In this document: positions 7,776 to 10,228 of the stretch, piece by piece
Layout of the letters: each line of letters begins with the position of its first letter
How positions within the stretch are numbered: the first letter of the stretch is position 1
DNA from: Candidatus Baldrarchaeum yapensis
GTDB lineage: Archaea > Asgardarchaeota > Baldrarchaeia > Baldrarchaeales > Baldrarchaeaceae
NCBI GenBank assembly: GCA_016840465.1
Contig: JAEOSH010000067.1
Location: 1-10,228, forward strand
Length of the DNA: 10,228 nt
Direction: 5' to 3'
Program-made: the position numbers and the translations under genes
The notes under the pieces: generated by a model
The model's input: the letters and a program-made list of their open reading frames with translations, nothing else
Database searches by the model: none
Told to the model about the DNA's origin: nothing

Positions 7776-9380
7776 CTACCGTAGAACTTTAGTAATTACT
7801 AATGTTTTAATAAATCTCCGCAACGTCCTAATATTGATCTTGGAGTATACCTTCTCGATAACTCCAGGGTCTTTTCCAAAATCTTCTAACCATCCCTCCA
7901 TGGCATTTATCGCTTTCGTAGTCAACTTACTGATTACTTTACGTATTAATGGGTTCTTTATACTTGATAGAAGCCTCGGATATATCTCGTAGGAGAATTT
8001 AATACTTAATCTCCAACCAGCTACCATAGCATCTATAGCTTCTTGAGGTAGCCTCTCAAGTGTTATAAACTCCCTATAACCACTTCTCTCAATCATAGTA
8101 CCTCCAATAGGTATCAGGAGTAATGGAAATGTCCAGCCCTTAAACCCCTCCTCTCTCAGCCTATCAATTAATTCGGTTGTTAATGTGTAGTCATCAGGTG
8201 TTGCATCTGGGAAGCCTATTATATATGTAAAGCATGGGTACCAGTAATTGTCATTAATTAACTTGCTACCACTTATTACTAAATCCCACCACTCGTTAGG
8301 TTTCCATGGATAAGACTTACCACTAAAGTACTTCGCAACTATCCTTGGACTGCCGCTCTCGATGCCTACTTGAGGGAATAACGGTCTGTCATCACTCAAT
8401 TCATTAACTTCACTTATGTACCTGACGGCTTCCTTAGCAATTAAAGCGGTGGATAACGTCACATGGCTAAACCCTACAGGATCCTCAATGTGATACTCAC
8501 GTGCTAAGTCAATCACTCGATCAAATAACTTCTTAATAGCGCTTAAGTTGGGTCTTAAGCCATTGGCGCCGTAGAGTAGTATGTCTTCGGTAGCGAATCC
8601 TACAGCCTTAATACCTGACCTTAAGTTGACCTTGACCTCCTTTATTATGGTCTCTAAAGGTACTGATCGAAAATCGAACATTGTTGGACTACAGAATCTA
8701 CATCTCCTGGGACATCCCCTAGTAACTTGAACTATTCCGTTCCTTGACGGTGTTATTATGGGTGGTATCAAGTTGGGTGGTACAGATTCTCCGATGACAT
8801 ACCTAGGCGTCTCCTTACCATCTAGGATGTCCTTAACTATCTTGGGGAATGTTAACTCGCCCTCGCCCTCAAATAATACATCAATATCGTACTTATCCTC
8901 AAGCCCTTTAAGTTGCCAAACACCTGGTCCACCAACAACCACCTTAAATTTATACTTCTTCTTAAGATTTCTGACGGTAGTCATCAACTTCTCAAACTCA
9001 TAGTGGGTACACGTATCCCCACCGCCACTAAGTACTCTTAAAGTCCATGAAACAGGCGCTAATCCCATAGGATCTAATACATGAATACCTACTACAGCCG
9101 TATCTTCACCTACTACTCGACTTAAGTAATTAGGAGGTACTACGTAGATGTCCTCATGCTTAAAACCATTAGCTAATAGTGCTGCTTCAACCTTACATAG
9201 GGGATAGGGAGCAAATGGAGCCCTGCCATTAGTTAAGGGTACTGGAGGTGATAGAAACCTGTACTGAATGAATGCTGGCACTAATCTGTAGGGTAAGCAG
9301 AGACCAAAGCCTAATGCATCTAAACCACTGAAGTCCGTGAATGTAGCTTGATCACTGGTTAGAACGACTTTAAAACTGAT
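7776..9380 (-). CDS. Radical SAM protein with N-terminal B12-binding-like domain (archaeal COG1032-like), 534 aa if started at ATC9380
   Basis: CxxxCxxC motif RGCPRRCRFC, plus APYPLCKVEAALL, VGIHVLDPMGLAP, VVVGGPG, GIESGSPR, YIIGFP. The frame stays open 33 codons upstream of GTG9281 (ISFKVVLTSDQATFTDFSGLDALGFGLCLPYRL) up to TAG at 9386-9384. Confidence 0.88.
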   Translation of the reverse strand: MSFKVVLTSDQATFTDFSGLDALGFGLCLPYRLVPAFIQYRFLSPPVPLTNGRAPFAPYPLCKVEAALLANGFKHEDIYVVPPNYLSRVVGEDTAVVGIHVLDPMGLAPVSWTLRVLSGGGDTCTHYEFEKLMTTVRNLKKKYKFKVVVGGPGVWQLKGLEDKYDIDVLFEGEGELTFPKIVKDILDGKETPRYVIGESVPPNLIPPIITPSRNGIVQVTRGCPRRCRFCSPTMFDFRSVPLETIIKEVKVNLRSGIKAVGFATEDILLYGANGLRPNLSAIKKLFDRVIDLAREYHIEDPVGFSHVTLSTALIAKEAVRYISEVNELSDDRPLFPQVGIESGSPRIVAKYFSGKSYPWKPNEWWDLVISGSKLINDNYWYPCFTYIIGFPDATPDDYTLTTELIDRLREEGFKGWTFPLLLIPIGGTMIERSGYREFITLERLPQEAIDAMVAGWRLSIKFSYEIYPRLLSSIKNPLIRKVISKLTTKAINAMEGWLEDFGKDPGVIEKVYSKINIRTLRRFIKTLVITKVLR

Positions 9381-9386
9381 TTCCTA

Positions 9387-9394
9387 CACCTCCC
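9387..9394 (-). promoter_or_regulatory. Strong Shine-Dalgarno site for the radical SAM gene
   Basis: GGGAGGTG, then TAGGAA (6 nt), then ATC AGT TTT AAA GTC. Confidence 0.7.
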
Positions 9395-9428
9395 ACGCTA
9401 TACTGTAACATGAGATGTTGTGTTGTTG

Positions 9429-9446
9429 TAATAAAAATTATATTAG
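9429..9446 (-). promoter_or_regulatory. Candidate TATA region for the radical SAM gene
   Basis: Minus strand reads TAATATAATTTTTATTA, about 35-50 nt upstream of the SD. Confidence 0.35.
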
Positions 9447-9472
9447 CATCCCCTCTTGGCCTCGAGCTCACT

Positions 9473-9492
9473 AAAAGGTTGTCTTTTGTCAA
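9473..9492 (+). repeat. Left terminal inverted repeat
   Basis: AAAAGGTTGTCTTTTGTCAA, the exact reverse complement of 9915-9934. Confidence 0.95.
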
Positions 9493-9671
9493 GCCAACGA
9501 TTGCCTATGACAAGTGTGCGAAAAAGTAGAAGGGCGCGGCCAGCACCGTATACTGCCAGACAAACCAACTGACAGGAGAGGATATATCATATCTAACCAT
9601 ATCCACTGCCGGAAACTGCATGATGGCGTTCCAAAGGGGCATCGACTTTCAGGTGAAGCGATCGTGTGTGA

Positions 9672-9866
9672 TTTCATGCTGTATTCCCGTCGGGCGGCCG
9701 GGGTTTCTCGGCCCGGAGGTATCGTAGGAGGAAGATCGGCGGGCACGGGGCGGCGGTATTCGATCGGGTTCAGGAGATACTGTACAGGGATCCGGAGAAT
9801 GTGGCCTTGTTTGCTGTTTTCAGGGCAGCGCATAACGTTAGACGGATGCTGAAGCTAGAGGACTAG
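9672..9866 (+). pseudogene. Degenerate DDE transposase C-terminal fragment (IS5/IS1182/IS4-superfamily-like)
   Basis: 64 open codons without a start: ...RGFSARRYRRRKIGGHGAAVFDRVQEILYRDPENVALFAVFRAAHNVRRMLKLED*. This resembles the Y-x2-R-x3-E...F...R(Y)R...A(H/Y)N-x-RR tail of these transposases, with the catalytic Glu lost. Same frame as ATG9507, with 5 intervening stops (9570, 9594, 9621, 9654, 9669). Confidence 0.5.
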
Positions 9867-9914
9867 CTGGCCTCCTCCGTGCGGATAGGTGGTGGGCTGA
9901 TTGAGGTGTGGTGT

Positions 9915-9934
9915 TTGACAAAAGACAACCTTTT
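9915..9934 (-). repeat. Right terminal inverted repeat
   Basis: TTGACAAAAGACAACCTTTT. Confidence 0.95.
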
Positions 9935-10020
9935 GATGGCTCTTTTAGCCCTTAAGATTTTAAAGATGGGTAGAAATGTCAAGATATTATTCTACAATCT
10001 ATAATAACAGCATGAACCTA

Positions 10021-10063
10021 CTGAAAGGTTATTGCTTGCTAAGCCGATGATTTCCTATGACAA
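10021..10063 (+). repeat. Diverged direct copy of the element's left end (9471-9513)
   Basis: CTGAAAGGTTATTGCTTGCTAAGCCGATGATTTCCTATGACAA versus CTAAAAGGTTGTCTTTTGTCAAGCCAACGATTGCCTATGACAA: 33/43 identical, ungapped, 550 bp offset. Confidence 0.7.
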
Positions 10064-10228
10064 AAGTTAAAAAAAGATGCAGATGGCACTGTAATATGTC
10101 AATACTAAAATTTACAAAGGCACACCGATGCTCGGCCACGCCCAACACGTTCCATAAAATTCACATGTTCTCCTTATCCTCCACAAACCCTCTCTTTCAA
10201 AAACTACGCTTGCTCTCCTCGTATCAAC

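Larger units (their letters stand above)
9473..9934 (+). mobile_element. Non-autonomous, internally deleted IS derivative (MITE-like), 462 bp
   Basis: Perfect 20-bp terminal inverted repeats enclose a GC-richer interior with a decayed transposase-like C-terminus. No target-site duplication is visible. Confidence 0.7.

Noticed and set aside
8758-9003. 81-aa plus-strand ORF
   Set aside because: Antisense shadow of the radical SAM gene.
9696-9713. GC-rich hairpin GGCCGGG-GTTT-CTCGGCC
   Set aside because: Only 7 bp with a wobble pair, in a GC-rich stretch, with no U-tract or structured-RNA context.
9489-9852. ORFs 9514-9852(+) and 9489-9833(-) as real genes
   Set aside because: Arg/Gly/Pro-rich, non-protein-like translations inside the IR-bounded element. 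The transposase-like signal is in a different frame.
9471-10063. CRISPR array interpretation of the repeats
   Set aside because: Only two diverged direct copies 550 bp apart plus one inverted copy; no regular repeat-spacer period and no cas genes.

Overview
Archaeal chromosomal window, judged from the archaeal-type ThrRS motif RYAACHQQF, GGAGG/GAGGTG ribosome-binding sites and TATA-like promoters; the lineage cannot be fixed from this sequence. Left to right: the 3' part of thrS (+), a stand-alone form IV RuBisCO-like protein (-), an archaeal ATPase-wHTH-PD-(D/E)xK protein (+) with an inverted repeat just upstream, a stand-alone HPF-like (ribosome hibernation) protein (-), a doubtful small ORF, ilvE (+) abutting a crotonase-family gene (-), an RHH/PIN VapBC-type toxin-antitoxin pair with a perfect palindromic operator, and a low-GC B12-binding-like radical SAM gene (-). 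The radical SAM gene's family-like N-terminus lies upstream of the called start and appears to begin at an ATC codon. The right end holds a 462-bp element with perfect 20-bp terminal inverted repeats and a decayed DDE-transposase fragment, followed by a diverged second copy of its left end. No tRNA, rRNA or CRISPR array was seen. All family calls come from motif recognition by eye, not database searches.
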